Shown piece by piece: positions 37,845-51,268 of a stretch of DNA of 64,000 nucleotides. Made by a program: the position numbers and the translations under genes. Where the stretch lies: NCBI RefSeq assembly GCF_004010195.1, contig NC_057720.1, positions 23,908,458-23,972,457 of the forward strand, read 5' to 3'. This DNA comes from Chiloscyllium plagiosum. Its lineage: Eukaryota. How positions within the stretch are numbered: position 1 is the stretch's first letter; each line of letters begins with the position of its first letter. Under the pieces are notes generated by a model. The model did not search any database. It was given only the letters and a program-made list of their open reading frames with translations, and was not told the origin of the DNA.

Positions 37845-38058
37845 TAACAAAAACAGAAGTTGCTGGAAAAGCTCAGCACTGGTAGCATCTGTGAAGAGAA
37901 ATCAAAGTTAATGTTTCAAATCCGGGTGACTCTTCCTCCCAGACCTAAAGCATTAAATTTGATTTCTCTTCACAGATGCTGCCAGACCTGCTGAGCTTTT
38001 CCAACAATTTCAGGTTTTGTTTCTGATCTGCAGCATCTACAGTTCTTTTGGTTGTTAT
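37845..38058. mobile_element. Palindromic pLTR element (family B)
   Basis: gttgctggaaaagctcagca...catctgtgaagagaaatcaaa versus tttgatttctcttcacagatg...ctgagcttttccaacaa. Confidence 0.85.
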
Positions 38059-38137
38059 TGAGAAATAAGTTGAAATTGTTACGGTAGTGAACTTGTGCAT
38101 TGAAAAGAGAAATATACTTGGAATATGCTGCCAACTA

Positions 38138-38485
38138 GTGATGGCATTGTGGTAATGTTATTGATTTAATAATCCAGAGCCTCAAGCTAACATTCTGGGT
38201 GCATGGGTTTAATTCCTGCTATGGCAAATGGTGAAATCTTAAATCAATAAAACATAATCTGGAATTAAAAACTTGGTCTAATAGCAACTTTGTAACCACA
38301 GTCAATTATCACAAAGAACCCATCTTGTTCACTAATGTTCTTTAGGGAAGGAAATTTGTCATCCTTACCTGGTCTGGCCTACATATAACTCCAGAGCCAG
38401 AACAATGTGGTTAACTCTTAACTGCCCTCTGCGCAATAAATGGTGGCCTAGCCAGTGACACCCTCATCTGTGGATGAATTTTTAA
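38138..38485 (+). mobile_element. tRNA-derived SINE family 2
   Basis: gttcactaatgttctttagggaaggaaa...ccttacctggtctggcctaca. Confidence 0.85.
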
Positions 38486-39327
38486 AAAGTCTGCTTCACT
38501 AATGTTCTTTACAGAAGAAATTCTGCTCTCTCTGCCTGGTCTAGCCTAACTGCAACTTAAAACCCACAACATTCTGCTTAACTCTGAGCAATTAGATGTT
38601 CACAAACTTTTTTTTTTTCAATGCTGGAAAAAGTCATCTGGCATATTTAAATGTAGTCAAATGCACAGCTTGGAGAGTTCAAATGACGAGGTTAGATAGG
38701 CCAAAATTGAAAATGCTTTAATGAAACATAAGATCTTAATGGGCAAGTGGTGGGGGTGGGGGTGGGGGTTGGGGCAGGGGTAGAAGCCGACATGGGTGGG
38801 CACGGAACTTTATGCCTCTGGCTGGTTGTTGTCAGTTTGTTGGCATCAACATCCACTGCCACTCCAGAACATTTTTGAGGAGTCCAGGTCAGGGCTGAAA
38901 AGAGTACTCACTCATAAAATGGCAACTAGCCAGTTATATTCATTGAAAAGCCAACTAACGTCAGAACTTAAAAGGAATTTTCCAGTCGGTAGACCAGGGA
39001 GCTGGCATCCAGCAAGACTCTGTCTATCACCTTTCCAAGGCCGTGATAGAAGTCAGCTGTCAGTCCTCTCTATAGTACAAGGTCAGGACACCCAAATCAA
39101 GGTCCCGATCCAGAACACAAAATCCTACTGATCAAGTTGATCAGCATTGACAGTGAGAAAGGAAATGCTGATATTTTTGGCTGTTTCTTTTGAGTATTTT
39201 CAGAAGGATGTATGTTTTAATAAAGGGAAATCCATCTTCTTCAGACAACACACTGAGGGCCAAGTTTAAGCTGTGGTTTTCCACCTCCAGAACTTCTTCC
39301 AGAAATTCCAGGGAGTCAAATTAGAAA

Positions 39328-39528
39328 ACAATGAAAACCAAAAGAACTGCGGATGCTGTAAATCAGAAACAAAAACAGAAGTTGCTGGAAAAGCTCAGCA
39401 GGTCTGGCAGCATCTGTGACAAAAAATCAGAGTTAACGTTTCGGGTCTGGTGACCCTTCCTTAAAGCTGATTTCTCTTCACAGATGCTGCCAGACCTGGT
39501 GAGCTTTACCAGCAATGTCTGTTTTTGT
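39328..39528. mobile_element. Palindromic pLTR element (family B); minus-strand hammerhead with mutated core
   Basis: Stem II gggtc-acca-gaccc and GAAAcgtt are intact on the minus strand, but CTGA has become TTAA; arms are inverted. Confidence 0.82.
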
Positions 39529-40134
39529 TAGAAAGCAAATAATTTCAATCATTCTGGAGGCAGAAACCAGGTGTTCAAATTTCGGCAAAAAGCAATGCGG
39601 GACATTATTACCTATTTTCAGAACCAAATCCAAATTTGTCATTGACTGAGAAAATTGGTGAGTGAGGCTAGGACGTAATGATTGCATTTTGGATGCATAC
39701 CATAGTCTCATTGGCAACTGCGACTATGGGAAGAAGAATAGGCCATTCAGCCCTTTGAATTTGTTTTGCGATTACATTAAATTACAGAAACTATACCTAA
39801 ATTTTATTTTATTATCTTCACCCCATATCCCACAGCACCCAAAAGCACTCCAACACCTATAAGGGACATCAAAGTATAATATTGGATTGGGCAGATAACA
39901 AGTCACTTACATCTATTTCTTTCTGGTTGTAATCTTGGTTATGCTAACTTGCTGAAACTACATTTTTTAATCAAAAATGGGTCAGCAGTGAAACAGTAAA
40001 CAGTTCTTGTTTTCATGTTTAAGCAGAAATTACTAATGGTACGACTGAGGGAAATGTTTGGGAGCCAACTGGAGGGTACAATGTAAGTGAATTACCAGGC
40101 ACACTAGGAATCCATGTTGAATCAGTCTGATTCA

Positions 40135-41540
40135 TGAATTAAATTGAATTGAATTGAATTTACTGTCACATGTACCAAGTCACAGTGAAAAGCTTTGTTT
40201 TGTGAACAATACAGGCAGATCCCAGAGTTAAGTAGCATAGGTATGTAAATAATTGGTAAACAGCGGCAAAAACCAAAACACAGGTACAGGCGAATGTTAG
40301 TTTGTGAGTCCATTCAGTACTCTAACAACAGTAGAGTAGAAACTATTTTGAAACCGGCTGCTGTGTGTGTTCAGGCTTCTGTACCTTCTCCCCGATGGTA
40401 GAGGTTGTAGAAAAACATTGCCAGGGTGGGATGGATCGTTGAGACTGCTGGCGGCCTTTCCTTGACAGCGGGACTGGTGGATAGATTCTATAGATGGGAG
40501 GTTAGCATTTGTGATTATCCAGGCCGAGTTCACCACTCTCTGTAACCACTTCCAATCTTGAATGGTAAAGTTGCCTTACCAGGTAGTATACATCCAGACA
40601 GAATGCCCTTGATGACGCACCTATAAAAGTTGGCAAGGGTATTCATCATCATTCCAAATTTCCTCAGCTGCCTGAGGAAGAAGAGACTTTGTTGGGCATT
40701 TGTAACCAATGCGTCCACATTAAGAGTCCAAGAAAGCTTGTTGTGGATGCCCACTCCCATGACACTCTCCACTCATTCCATCTCTGTGCTGTTAATGTGC
40801 ATTGAGAGCTAGGTTGTTCTCAGTGCACCATTTTTCCAGGTTTTACACTTCCCGTCTGTAGTTTGTTTAGTCTTCATCTGAGATTTGACTGACTATGGTG
40901 GTGTCACCAGCAAACTTGTAGATAGCATTAGTCTGGTTTTTGGCAACGCAGTCATGTGTATACAGTGAGTACAGTAGGGGGTTGAGTACACATTCCTGGG
41001 GAGATCCAGTGTTGAGTGTTAGTGAGGATGAAATATTATCCCCAGTCTTCACTGATTGTGGCCTGTGGGTCACGAAACTGAGGATCCAGTTGAAGAGAGT
41101 GGGCCTTAGTCCAAGATCACTAAGTGGGCGGCACAGTGGCACAGTAGTTAGCACTGTTGCCTCACAGCGCCAGAGACCCGGGTTCAATTCCCGACTCAGG
41201 CGACTGACTGTGTGGAGTTTGCACGTTCTCCCCGTGTCTGCGTGGGTTTCCTCCGGGTGCTCCGGTTTCCTCCCACAGTCCAAAGATGTGCAGGTGAATT
41301 GACCATGCTAAATTGCCCGTAGTGTTAGGTAAGGGGTAAATGTAGGGGTATAGGTGGGTAGTGCTTCGGCGGGTCGGTGTGGACTTGTTGGGCCGAAGGG
41401 CCTGTTTCCACACTGTAATGTAATCTAATCTTAAAAAAAAAGTTTAGTAATCAGTCTCAAGGGCATAATAGTGTTGAACGCTGAACTATAGTCAATGAGT
41501 AGGATTCCTATGTAGCTGTTCTTGGTGTCAAGGTATTCTA
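40135..41540 (-). mobile_element. Rex1/Babar-clade LINE, RT to 3' end, decayed
   Basis: LFNWILSFVTHRPQSVK...LTLNTGSPQECVLNPLLYSLYTHDC...YKFAGDTTIV and LFFLRQLRKFG; (TTCAA)n tail at ~40138-40160. Confidence 0.88.
41126..41440 (+). mobile_element. HE1-like V-SINE, young, nested in the Rex1 element
   Basis: Full head, V-domain gtggagtttgcacgttctccccgtgtctgcgtgggtttcctccggg, tail taatctaatc plus A-run. Confidence 0.95.
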
Positions 41541-43554
41541 GCTCCTGTGTGTACTAAGCCATTTCAATATACCTAACAAAAAAAAATCAAAATAGAGAAC
41601 CAGAAGTGATTGTTTTGCAGCCATATGATTGGTCACCAGTAACTTCACCATAACAGTTTTGATGGGCTCCATTCTGGAGTGGAATGTTAGCATGGGAGGG
41701 AGAGGTGTGTGTCACTGCCGCTCATTGGCAGTCAAGTTCCCTTGTGCAATTCTGCGGTTCTCTGATCATCACATGTGGAGGAGCCTGGTGAACCTTGTAG
41801 CAGGAGTTGGAAGAAAGTCAATGCCACCCTTTAGGGTAGAAGATACTGGCACCATACTTAAATCACACCCAGGCATGCCCAAAAAACATTACTTGGATTC
41901 TTGCCATGCAAGGTTACTATTGAACAATTTCACCTTCCGCATTTCCCTGGACTGCGTGGCACCATTCTTGAGTCAGGCTATCCCCCTTCTATATAGATGT
42001 CCATCCTTGGTTCGCCTTCTTGATCCTTGCGCATTATACTCCAGTCACCTTTGTCAGTCATCTTCCATATCACAATATTGGCACAACTTACTGTCACTTG
42101 ATCACAATCATGCCGTGGCATAGATGGAAGCTCCCTACGAGGGCAAAGTAGCATTTACTCACTTCAAAGACCAGCAAGTACGTTACCTCACCGACTGCTC
42201 ACCTCTTAAAACACATATTGCTTGTTTGTGGGTATCTTAATTGAGCAGTGGAACTTAATGCTAGTGAGCAGGCCTTTTAGTGAGTATATGGATGCAGGAA
42301 GTGTTAACATCTGCCATGGAAAGTTCAGTACGCCTTTAAAATTCCAAGAAGCAACATCTTGCCATCATGAATCTGATTTCTGGCCTCTCATGCATTTAAA
42401 GTCATCTGGCCCCTCACTCTGCCACACTTTCTGCACCCCCCCCCCCAACTTGCTTCCCGTTCCCTGAAGCAGCACAAAGCTCCACCCGGTTGAGCCAAAT
42501 TCAAGAGCAGTTGCTATTCCCTTGTAGCTCAGTTGCCAGTCATGTGCTAAAAACTGAGCACAGGTCGCATGATCCACAAGACTTGCTTGCAGCTTGTTAC
42601 AAAGTCGGAGTGAGTCATGTGACAAATAGGGCACATTATTAAGGCCAGCAACCTACAGCTTGGTATACATCATTGAATATCCTGTAAACAGGGCACTGAC
42701 AAACCCATACACAGTCTTAGGAAGAAGGATTCCAGATCACATCTGAATTTGTTAAGAGACACCAGGTATTAACTTAAAGGATATGTTATAAGATTATGTT
42801 CTAAGAGAGGAAGAATGAACAAAATAACAAATAAAACATTCATACTTAAAGATTTTGATATTTTAGAAGAATAGAAAAATAACATCCATTTGTACATTGT
42901 AAGTAATATCAGAAATTTTTCCATTCCTCCTTCTCACTTATGCATTGAGGTGTACAGTGTTAGCCAATAGTTTACAATCTAATGACATCTGTGCACTTAG
43001 CCTGTACTACTCATTGGGCCACAACTATAAGCAGATTAAGTTAAAAAAATCTAGATAAATAAGATTATTACCAAGGGAAGTGGTTCATTTGTTGCTAGGA
43101 AGGTATTAATGGAGAAATGATGCCTTGCAAATTGATCTTCCAAAATTGAAAATTCTGCCACCAAACATGAGGCTTTGTTGTTCACACGTCTGAGTATACC
43201 TGTAATTTTAAAAGAGAGATTTTAAGAATCTCAGACAACGACTTCAAAATAATTCCGTACAAAATGATTTTAAATTTCTGTTGAAGCAGATTTTGAAATG
43301 ACCTTCTTTACCTAAATAGATGGAAACTGCATTTTATAATGTATAAACAGATTAACTCTTCTCAGGAATGTAATAATGCACGTGCTGGGTATATACTTAA
43401 AACATTTCACCAACATTGCATTGCTGATCAGTGGAGCTCTGCGTGTGTTACAGTATATAAGGAATGCTTCACTTTCCCCCAGTTTGGATGTATTACGGCT
43501 GACATGATAGCCCAGTGCTGCTGGTTTGCATGCTCACACTGAAGGTTCAACTCA

Positions 43555-44170
43555 TAAAGTCATATCATTATACAGCACGGAAACAGACCCTTCGGTCCAA
43601 CTCATCCATACCGACCAGATGTCCTAAACTGATCTAGTCCCATTTGACACAGATCCCTTTAAACATTTCCTATTCAGGTACCCACCCACACACCTTTTAA
43701 ATGTTGTAATTGTAGCTGCCTCTACCATTTCCTTTTGACAGGTCATTCCATATACCCACTACACACTGTGTGAAAATGTTTCTCCTTAGGTTACTTCTAA
43801 ATCTTTACGGTCTCACCTTAAACCTATGCCCCCTAGTTTTGGATTCTCCCATCCTGGGAAAAAGAGCTTGGCTATTCACCCTATCCATGCCCTTCATAAT
43901 TTTGTAAACCTCTGTAAGGTCACCCCTCAGCCCCTGACGCTCCAATGAAAAAAGCTCCAGACTATTCAGTCTCTTCCTATAGTTCAACCCTCCAATTCCA
44001 TTATCCTTGTAAATCATTTTTGAACCCTTTCAAGTTTAACAACACCATTCCTAGAGTAGGGAGACCAGAATTGAATGTAGTATTCCAAAAATGGCCTATC
44101 ATGTCCTGTACAGCTGCAACGTGAAATCTCAACTCCTTCACTAAATGTACTGATCAGTGAAAGCAAGGTT
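43555..44170 (-). mobile_element. CR1 LINE 3' fragment
   Basis: RPFLEYYIQFWSP and LRGDLTEVYKIMKGMDRV...SKTRGHRFKV. Confidence 0.9.
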
Positions 44171-44774
44171 GGCAAACACCTCTTAAATAATTCCTGCAAT
44201 ATAATGTCATATAAAGTTCTTCCATTATTTTGACTTTTGAAAACATGACATACAATTAGTGCAGTCAATTGGTCAGTCAGCATTATGCAGCATAAACAAG
44301 TGAGTCCAACATGGGTTAGTACTGATAAGCCTCCAATTTACAGAGCCCTGAATGGAAGACACCATTAGAAACCAAAGGGGAGAAAACCTCCAAGGCTGTT
44401 GTCACTCACATTACATGTTCAAAGAAAATCCTGGTTTCAGTACATCAGATTTTAGTAGTTTTGTTTCAGCAAGGGGCTCCTGATTTGAAATATCTCAATA
44501 CAAATGTCCTCGCAAGAGCAATGTGCTTGAAGTGACGTTTCACAAGAACTTTCGGGTAGACTCAGCTGTTAACGCTGCTAATTAAACTGGAGCTCTCTCT
44601 GAAGAATTGACTCCATGCATCCAGGAACAACCAGTACAACCAGGAACAACTTTCTAAAGTCCCATAGAAATGATGGCTAACCTTCCCTGACATTTAATTA
44701 AGGCTGACAGTGGGGGAGATTGATTGATGATCCTAAGAATGATTTCCTTCCTGCCACACAAATGCTGTGTCACA

Positions 44775-44990
44775 CAGAGTTGTTTGTTGTCACCATAGTC
44801 TTACCAGACCATCGGGGCTGCTTTCTCATGAGAAAGTGAAGCAACTGGTGGTGATGTAACCTGAGGGACACCAGAGGGAAGAAGTTAATAAGGAGAGTTC
44901 TTCATGATAACCTCAAACCAGTATGGGAATTGAACCCACACTGTTGACATCACACTGCTCTGTGAACTAACAATCCAGCCAACTGAGCTA
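44775..44990 (-). mobile_element. tRNA-derived SINE, family 3
   Basis: Reverse-complement head tagctcagttggctgg...gtgggttcaattccc, with A- and B-box-like motifs. Confidence 0.65.
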
Positions 44991-45532
44991 TGAAAAAATC
45001 AGACAAATCAGGAAGAATCTATGTTTAAGTCCCATCTGCTTTGGTGGTATGTCATAACAAGTTGAACTAGGTTGTTTAAATTCAAAAGGGAAAGAGGGGA
45101 ATTGGGACCAGTGTAACATTAATCTCAGAAATGCAAGCCATTTTAAGGGCAGAATTGAAGGGCAGCACCACATCAACAGCTTCTAATAAAGCCTTGGCAC
45201 AGGTTCCCCTATGCATGATCATTAAGATGTGCTGCAGTGAAAGATGAGGCAGTTGTTGTAAATGCTCCTTCACTGGTCAGTCTCACCATGCTGCTATGGC
45301 GATGCAGATATATTAACTCATTTTGACCACCCAAATGAACCTGTAAGCATTTTTCTGTAAGGTCCTTGAACACCACAATCTGGGCTATAGTGACACTTGC
45401 TATCTCTTGCTTATTCTCTTCTGAGGGTATTTCCCCAAAGTCTACGTGGCCCAGCCTTTCTCCTTGCCTTCACTTGTGTCACCAATGGCCCAAGGTAGCT
45501 TCATCGAGGTGGACACCTTTTCTCTGTCATCC

Positions 45533-46275
45533 TGCCACAGTGGAACAGTGGCCATGCTGCCTCACAGCACCAGGGACCCAGGTTCAATTCCTGCCTTGGT
45601 GACTATCTATCTAGAATTTGCACAGTCTTTCCATGTCAGCATGGGTTTCTGCCAAGTGCTTAGGTTTCCCCCCCAAAGATGTGAAGGTTAGGTGGATTGA
45701 CCAGACTATCTAGTGTCCAGGGATGTTAAGGCTAGATGGGTTAGTCATGATAAGTGGGGCATTACAGGGATTGGGTAGTTCTGGGTGGGACACCCACACC
45801 AATCAACCCCACCACCCCGTGGCCCAACATTTCAACTCCCCCTTCCACTCTGCCGAGGACAAACAGGTCCTGGGCCTCCTCCACCACCACTCCCTCACCA
45901 CCCGATGCCTGGAGGAAGAATATCTCATCTTCCGCCTCGGAACACTTCAACCCCAGGGCATCAATGTGGACTTCACCAGTTTCCTCGTACCACACCCATT
46001 CACCTATTGTACTCTTTGCTACCTTCTCCCAAGCCCCACCCCCCCCCCATCCCCCATTTATCTCTCCACCCTGGATGGAGGGCTATTCCTGAAGAAGGGC
46101 TTTTGCCTGAAACATCGATTTTCCTGCTCCACAGATGCTACCTGACCGGCTGTGCTTTTCCAGCACCACTTTGCTCTAAACTCAGGTTCTTGGTGGGACG
46201 CTGTTCAGAGGGTCAGTGATAACCTGATGAGCCAAATGCCCTCTATCTGCACAGTAGGGATTCTATGATTCTATA
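45533..46275 (+). mobile_element. HE1-like V-SINE interrupted by a PLE fragment
   Basis: Head ctgcctcacagcaccagggacccaggttcaattcc; resumes after ~46185 and ends gggattctatgattcta. Confidence 0.8.
45790..46182 (+). mobile_element. PLE 3' fragment (endonuclease C-terminus plus pLTR, hammerhead at ~46086-46119 with CpG decay)
   Basis: PVAQHFNSPFHS...LEEEYLIFRLGTLQPQGINVDF; CTGAAGAagggcttttgcctGAAAcatc; imperfect TSD ttct(g/t)ggtgggac. Confidence 0.88.
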
Positions 46276-47657
46276 ACCTTCCTTGACTCCTAGTGTACCT
46301 AAGTGATTATCCAGCATCCTGCATTCCTTTGGTAAAAAAGCAATGACTGCCTGGAATACATAGATTATTCACAATATTATCCAAGCAACTACAAGACACT
46401 GAGCCTTCCACAAAGAGAGGTGCAATGCTTGATTCTCTCAGTGTCATGTTGCATTCATGAAATGAGACAGGTGCACCAATTTTATATGTTGCCCACCCCT
46501 TATGGAAAGGGTGAAGTTGGGCATCCCCATTCCCGAAAGCCAGGGCAGACTAAATTCTGTGCCCTGTGGCTCGTATGACAAATCAGTGGAAAAACTAAGC
46601 AGAGCTAGAGAAAGAACATCATGCAAAAGACTGTGAAAAGTTGATGTGAGAATTTTAGCAGTTTGTTTTAGATTTCCCAATCATGCCTTTAAAGCTTTGG
46701 GATGAAGAGAATTTAAGTGTAATGCACAGCTCATAAATTAAAATTGAAACGCATTTTATTAAGTTAATCAGGAAATGGATTGAAAGCCTTGACCTTCATT
46801 CCTATGCACTATTCAAATGGAAGTGCTAGTCTGCTGCTGTTAATGTTCAACTTAAACTGCGGCCCCCTCTGAGTTCTGACCTTGATCTTGACATTCGATA
46901 CATTTTAATGCAATTGTGTTCTGTACTAAAGTACAACTTGCTTCCATAGCAAATTGGATTCAATTCAGGTATAACAGAGTTCTCTTGTTCATTTATTACC
47001 TCACCCATTGCTTCTTTCCCAGGAGAAAGAAGTCACAGAAATAATACCACCACTTACTATTCCACAAGTAGTTCTCCAGTGTAATGGACCTCTTGTACTT
47101 TCACTGGAATGGGACAAAGAATAATCCACTACACAATAAGCTATATAACTAACTCTATGATCTTCTGACTTCATTGTCCATGGGGAATTTGAGCCTATTT
47201 TAATGGACAGTGAAGGACAACACTGAGTTGTCCAAGCAATCATGTCATCAAGCAATAATCGGTATAACAATTACCTCTTTAAGGTTCATCCTCTGGGACA
47301 GAAGGTCTGGGTTCATGTCCCAACCACTCTGGAGGAGAGTCATAGCATATCTGAACAGATTGATTTAAAATAATAGGTGAATTTAAGGACAGACTCGATG
47401 GCTTCTTTCATTCAAAAATAAATGGATGCAGCGTTTGTAGATGCATTAACTGTGATCTTCCAAAATTCCCTAGATTCCAGAGAAGTGCCAGCGGTTTGGG
47501 TATTCAGTAATGTAACACCACCACTCAAGAAAGAAGGAGACAAAAAGCCAGGAAGTAAATAATTTTGCTAGCTAACGTCAGTCATTAGGAGAGTGCTAGA
47601 ATCCCTTAATAAGCAAGCAGTAACAGGACATTTAGAAAACCATAATACAATCATGAT

Positions 47658-48021
47658 CTATAGAATCCATCTACCAGGCCCGCCGTCAAGGAAAGGCTGC
47701 CAGCATTCTCGAAGATCCATCCTACCCTGGCAAAGCTTTTCTATAACCTCTTCCATTGGGGAGAAGGTACAGAAGCCTGAACACACGCGCCAGCCGGTTT
47801 CAAAACAGCTTCTATCCTACTGTTGTTAGAATACTGCATGGACTTACAAACTTTTAACATCTACCTGTACCTGTGTTTTGGTTATTGCCTCTGTTTACCC
47901 ATTATTTACTTATCTATGCTACTTAACTCTGTGATCTGCCTGTATTGCTGGCAAGACAAAGCTTTTCACTGTGCCTTGGTACACGTGACAATAAATTCAA
48001 TTCAATTCAATTCAATTCAAT
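47658..48021 (+). mobile_element. Rex1/Babar LINE 3' end inserted in an old CR1 fragment
   Basis: Inverted homolog of ~40140-40490; ends aataaa(ttcaa)n. Confidence 0.85.
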
Positions 48022-49194
48022 TTGGAGGAGAAGTTGTTGGACTGTGGTGGACAAAGCTAAAAATTGACCTGATGACGAAGCAGTGCTGTGAAAGCATGTA
48101 TCTCCAAATATGTTGGACCTGGAGTTGTGTGATTTTTAGCATAATACAATCAGGTCAAGTCAACATGAGTTTATAAGATCAGTCAGTACTTTATTACTAA
48201 AGAGTATTCATCTCACCATAAAATGCAGCTACAAACGCTATTGAATAAAACACACATTTACATAGGATAATAATTAGTATAAACAAACGGGAACTACAAT
48301 CGGCCATTCGGCCCCTCGAGACTCCTCCACCATTCAACAAGATCATGGTTCACCTGATTGGAACCTCAAATCCACATTCCTGCATAGCCCTGTTAATCTT
48401 TCACACTGTTGCTTAACAAAAATCTATCTACTTCTGCTTTAAAAATGTTAAAGGTCTCCGCTTTCACCATCTTTCCGGGAAGAGAATTCCAAAGATTCAC
48501 TTAATCACAGAATTGTTAAATTATTTGTTAATCTGGAGTTGCAGTTTTGCAGCTGATTCCATACAACTCTCCAGAGAATTTTTTTTTGCTTGATCACTTT
48601 TTATAAATGGGCAACCCCTGACATTTAAATACTGAGCAACCCCTGGACTTTACGCAACGACTCCTATTATTTCTCAAGTACATACAACTTCTTTCAGCAA
48701 AAATGCTATGAGATACCCATCTCTCAGAAACTAAAACCTCATTTAATTTCTTTCTCTACCTTCAAGTTTTAAGCAATAGATTTTAATAAGTAATTGGTTC
48801 AAATCTAAGCACCCAACTATTTTGGTTTTGACATGCTCTAATGAACTATTTTCTGTGATCGATTCTGACAATCACCTCTCCCAGCAACAAAAAAATGCGG
48901 TTGCTTCTAGTGACTTACTGACAAGCTGATACATGGGTCAAAATACTGACTATCAGCTGAAAAGAATCTGACAGGTGGCCTGCATGCAATTAGTTCCAGC
49001 TATAAATATAAAGGCCTCACAGAGCTGCATATTCATATCCCAAAATGCAAAGATAGTCAAAATATTCTCATGTCTCGCAGAATTATGGAGCCATCTCAAA
49101 CAATTAACTCATTTTCATTAATCAGCTTTGTTGGCCTTAGTAAAATCCTGAATAAATCTAACCTTAGAATTAAAAATCTGTAATGGATGAGCAA

Positions 49195-49480
49195 GGAAGA
49201 TGGTGTAGTTGACCAGAGATCCAGACTAATGGTCTGGGGGTGTGGTTTTGAATCCCACCAGGACAGATGGTGAAGTTTGAATTTTATTTTTTAAAACCTG
49301 TAATTTAAAAAAAAAGCTAGCCTAATGACACTATGTTGATTGTCCTAAAAGCCTACCTGGTTCACTAATGACCTTTGCAGAAGAAGATGTGCTGTCTGTT
49401 CTGTATGAGACTCCAGACCCAAAGTAATATGGTTGACTCTTCACTGTCCTCTGTGTCAGCACAGCCAATCAGTTCAAGGT
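49195..49480 (+). mobile_element. tRNA-derived SINE family 2
   Basis: tttgaatcccacc...ctggttcactaatgacc...gactccagaccc. Confidence 0.75.
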
Positions 49481-49974
49481 GACGAAGGATTGACCTACAT
49501 CCTATAGTTAACAAACAACAAAGAAAGGAGAATATACAGGTGACATGAATAGGATTCTGAGGTGACCTTGGGGATGATTAGTGCTTCTTGAACCTCTCCA
49601 TAAATCAGAGTGCTGGACTGTATGGAGTCGGTAGAGCGGTGGTTACAGGCCATGGGAGGAAAGTTCTGAACTTTAAAAAGCCTGTTCCCAGCAATAACAC
49701 CCTGAGGCAACGGGTGGATAGTTGGGCAAAATAGGTTAAGCGTTAGATCTCTGTCCTGCTGTGGGAACAGGTAAGGCCCAGGCTTTCAAGTCCAGCAGGA
49801 TCCAGGAGCTTATGGAATGTCGGGGGAGATGGGGTGAAAATGGAGATCAGGAATCTTTGTTGCAGGTGAAAAGAAATGAAATGGGGTCTTCAGTCTTCTG
49901 GGGGATGGTGTCCCTAAACAATGTGCCTTCCTTCCTTTTCAAAGATTCCCTTCAAAAACAGCATTCTTACTCTA

Positions 49975-50148
49975 AACCAACAAAAACAGAAGTTGCTGGA
50001 AAAGCTCATCAGATCTGGCAGCATCTGTGAAGAGAAATCAGAGTTAACGTTTCGGGTCCGGTGACCCTTCATCAGAACTGCGGAGCTTTTCCAACAACTT
50101 CTGTTTTTGTTTCTGATTTAGAGTATCTGTGGTCCTTTTAGTTTTTAT
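49975..50148. mobile_element. Palindromic pLTR element (family B)
   Basis: aacaaaaacagaagttgctggaaaagctc versus gagcttttccaacaacttctgtttttgtt. Confidence 0.85.
50041..50080 (-). ncRNA. Minimal hammerhead ribozyme motif (family B), intact
   Basis: Reverse complement cagtt CTGATGA a gggtc accg gaccc GAAA cgtt aactc; 4-bp stem I and perfect 5-bp stem II. Confidence 0.8.
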
Positions 50149-50977
50149 TTCATACTCTGAGTTGCCTGCCAGTGCCCAGCGTGGTAGATATTTGCTAAAT
50201 CAACCTTTTCAGAGATATTATTACACACTCTGGAACAGGATGCACTTGAACATATGCTTCCTGGTCTAGAAGTGGGGACACTACCAGTGCACAACAAGAG
50301 CTCTTGCACAGCATGGTATGACCAAAGAGGTGGATTGAGGCCCTTAACTGGTAAATAATTGAGCAGATACAGAGGCTGATAGTTCTAAAGACAGATTAGC
50401 CCTAGTGTGCAACTATTCCTGACAATGCCCCAGCCCCCAGGATTTGGAGAAAAGGTTCAGGATAAATGGGAAGGAGGAAGGCTGACCACACGACATCTTT
50501 TAGGTGCCCCTTTCCCCCTGCTGTAAACACATCCAGCAGAAGGCAATAAATCTAGCCCAGAGTCTTGTAACAAGCTGATTATAAATGATAAATACCTTGT
50601 TTCCATTATGAGTTTGTTTAATTGGAAAAATCTACTAACCGCCACACAATTTTAGATGCAGAACTCAGACTAAAGGATGAAGTGACCCAACTAGCTGACT
50701 GCCTGCTGATTTATAATCCTGTTTATGTTCAGCCTATTTCTTAAAGTGGTGGAATTATTTTGAAGCTAGCAGTAATCAAAGCCATCTCTTACATCAGACT
50801 CAGCCATTGAATCAGCAGCTATTTCAGAAACAATGGCACAATTAAGGCATACAATTTTACTCCAAGGTGAAATAAATTGTTCATTGTATTAACCTAGGAC
50901 TTAGAAATGAAGCCAAAATGAACTATTGCAAAGTAAATTTGGAATTCCAAATCTTCACTGCCTCTCTTTAAAATCTT

Positions 50978-51268
50978 GATTAGATTCCCTACAGTGTGGA
51001 AACAGGCCCTTCGACCCAACAAGTCCATACCAACCCTCTGAAGAGTAACCCCCCCCCAGGCTAATGTATCTAACACTATGGACAATTTAGCATGGCCAAT
51101 TCACATCTTTGGAATGTAGGATGAAACCAGAGCACCTGGAGGAAACCCACGCAGACACGGGGAGAATGTGCAAACGCCACACAGACAGTCACCCAAGGGT
51201 GGAATTGAACCTGGGACCCTGTTACTGGGAGGCAGCAGTGCTAACCGCTGAGCCACTGTACCACCCTA
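50978..51268 (-). mobile_element. HE1-like V-SINE
   Basis: ccctacagtgtggaaacaggcccttcg...ggaaacccacgcagacacggggagaa...gcagtgctaacc. Confidence 0.92.

Noticed and set aside
41126..41200. tRNA gene (also at 23143, 37368, 44920)
   Set aside because: The A/B-box-like heads continue directly into SINE bodies; no clean cloverleaf or Pol III terminator.
41629..42123. 164-aa ORF as a host exon
   Set aside because: No recognisable protein or clear splice sites; at most a weak Myb/SANT-like transposon relic.
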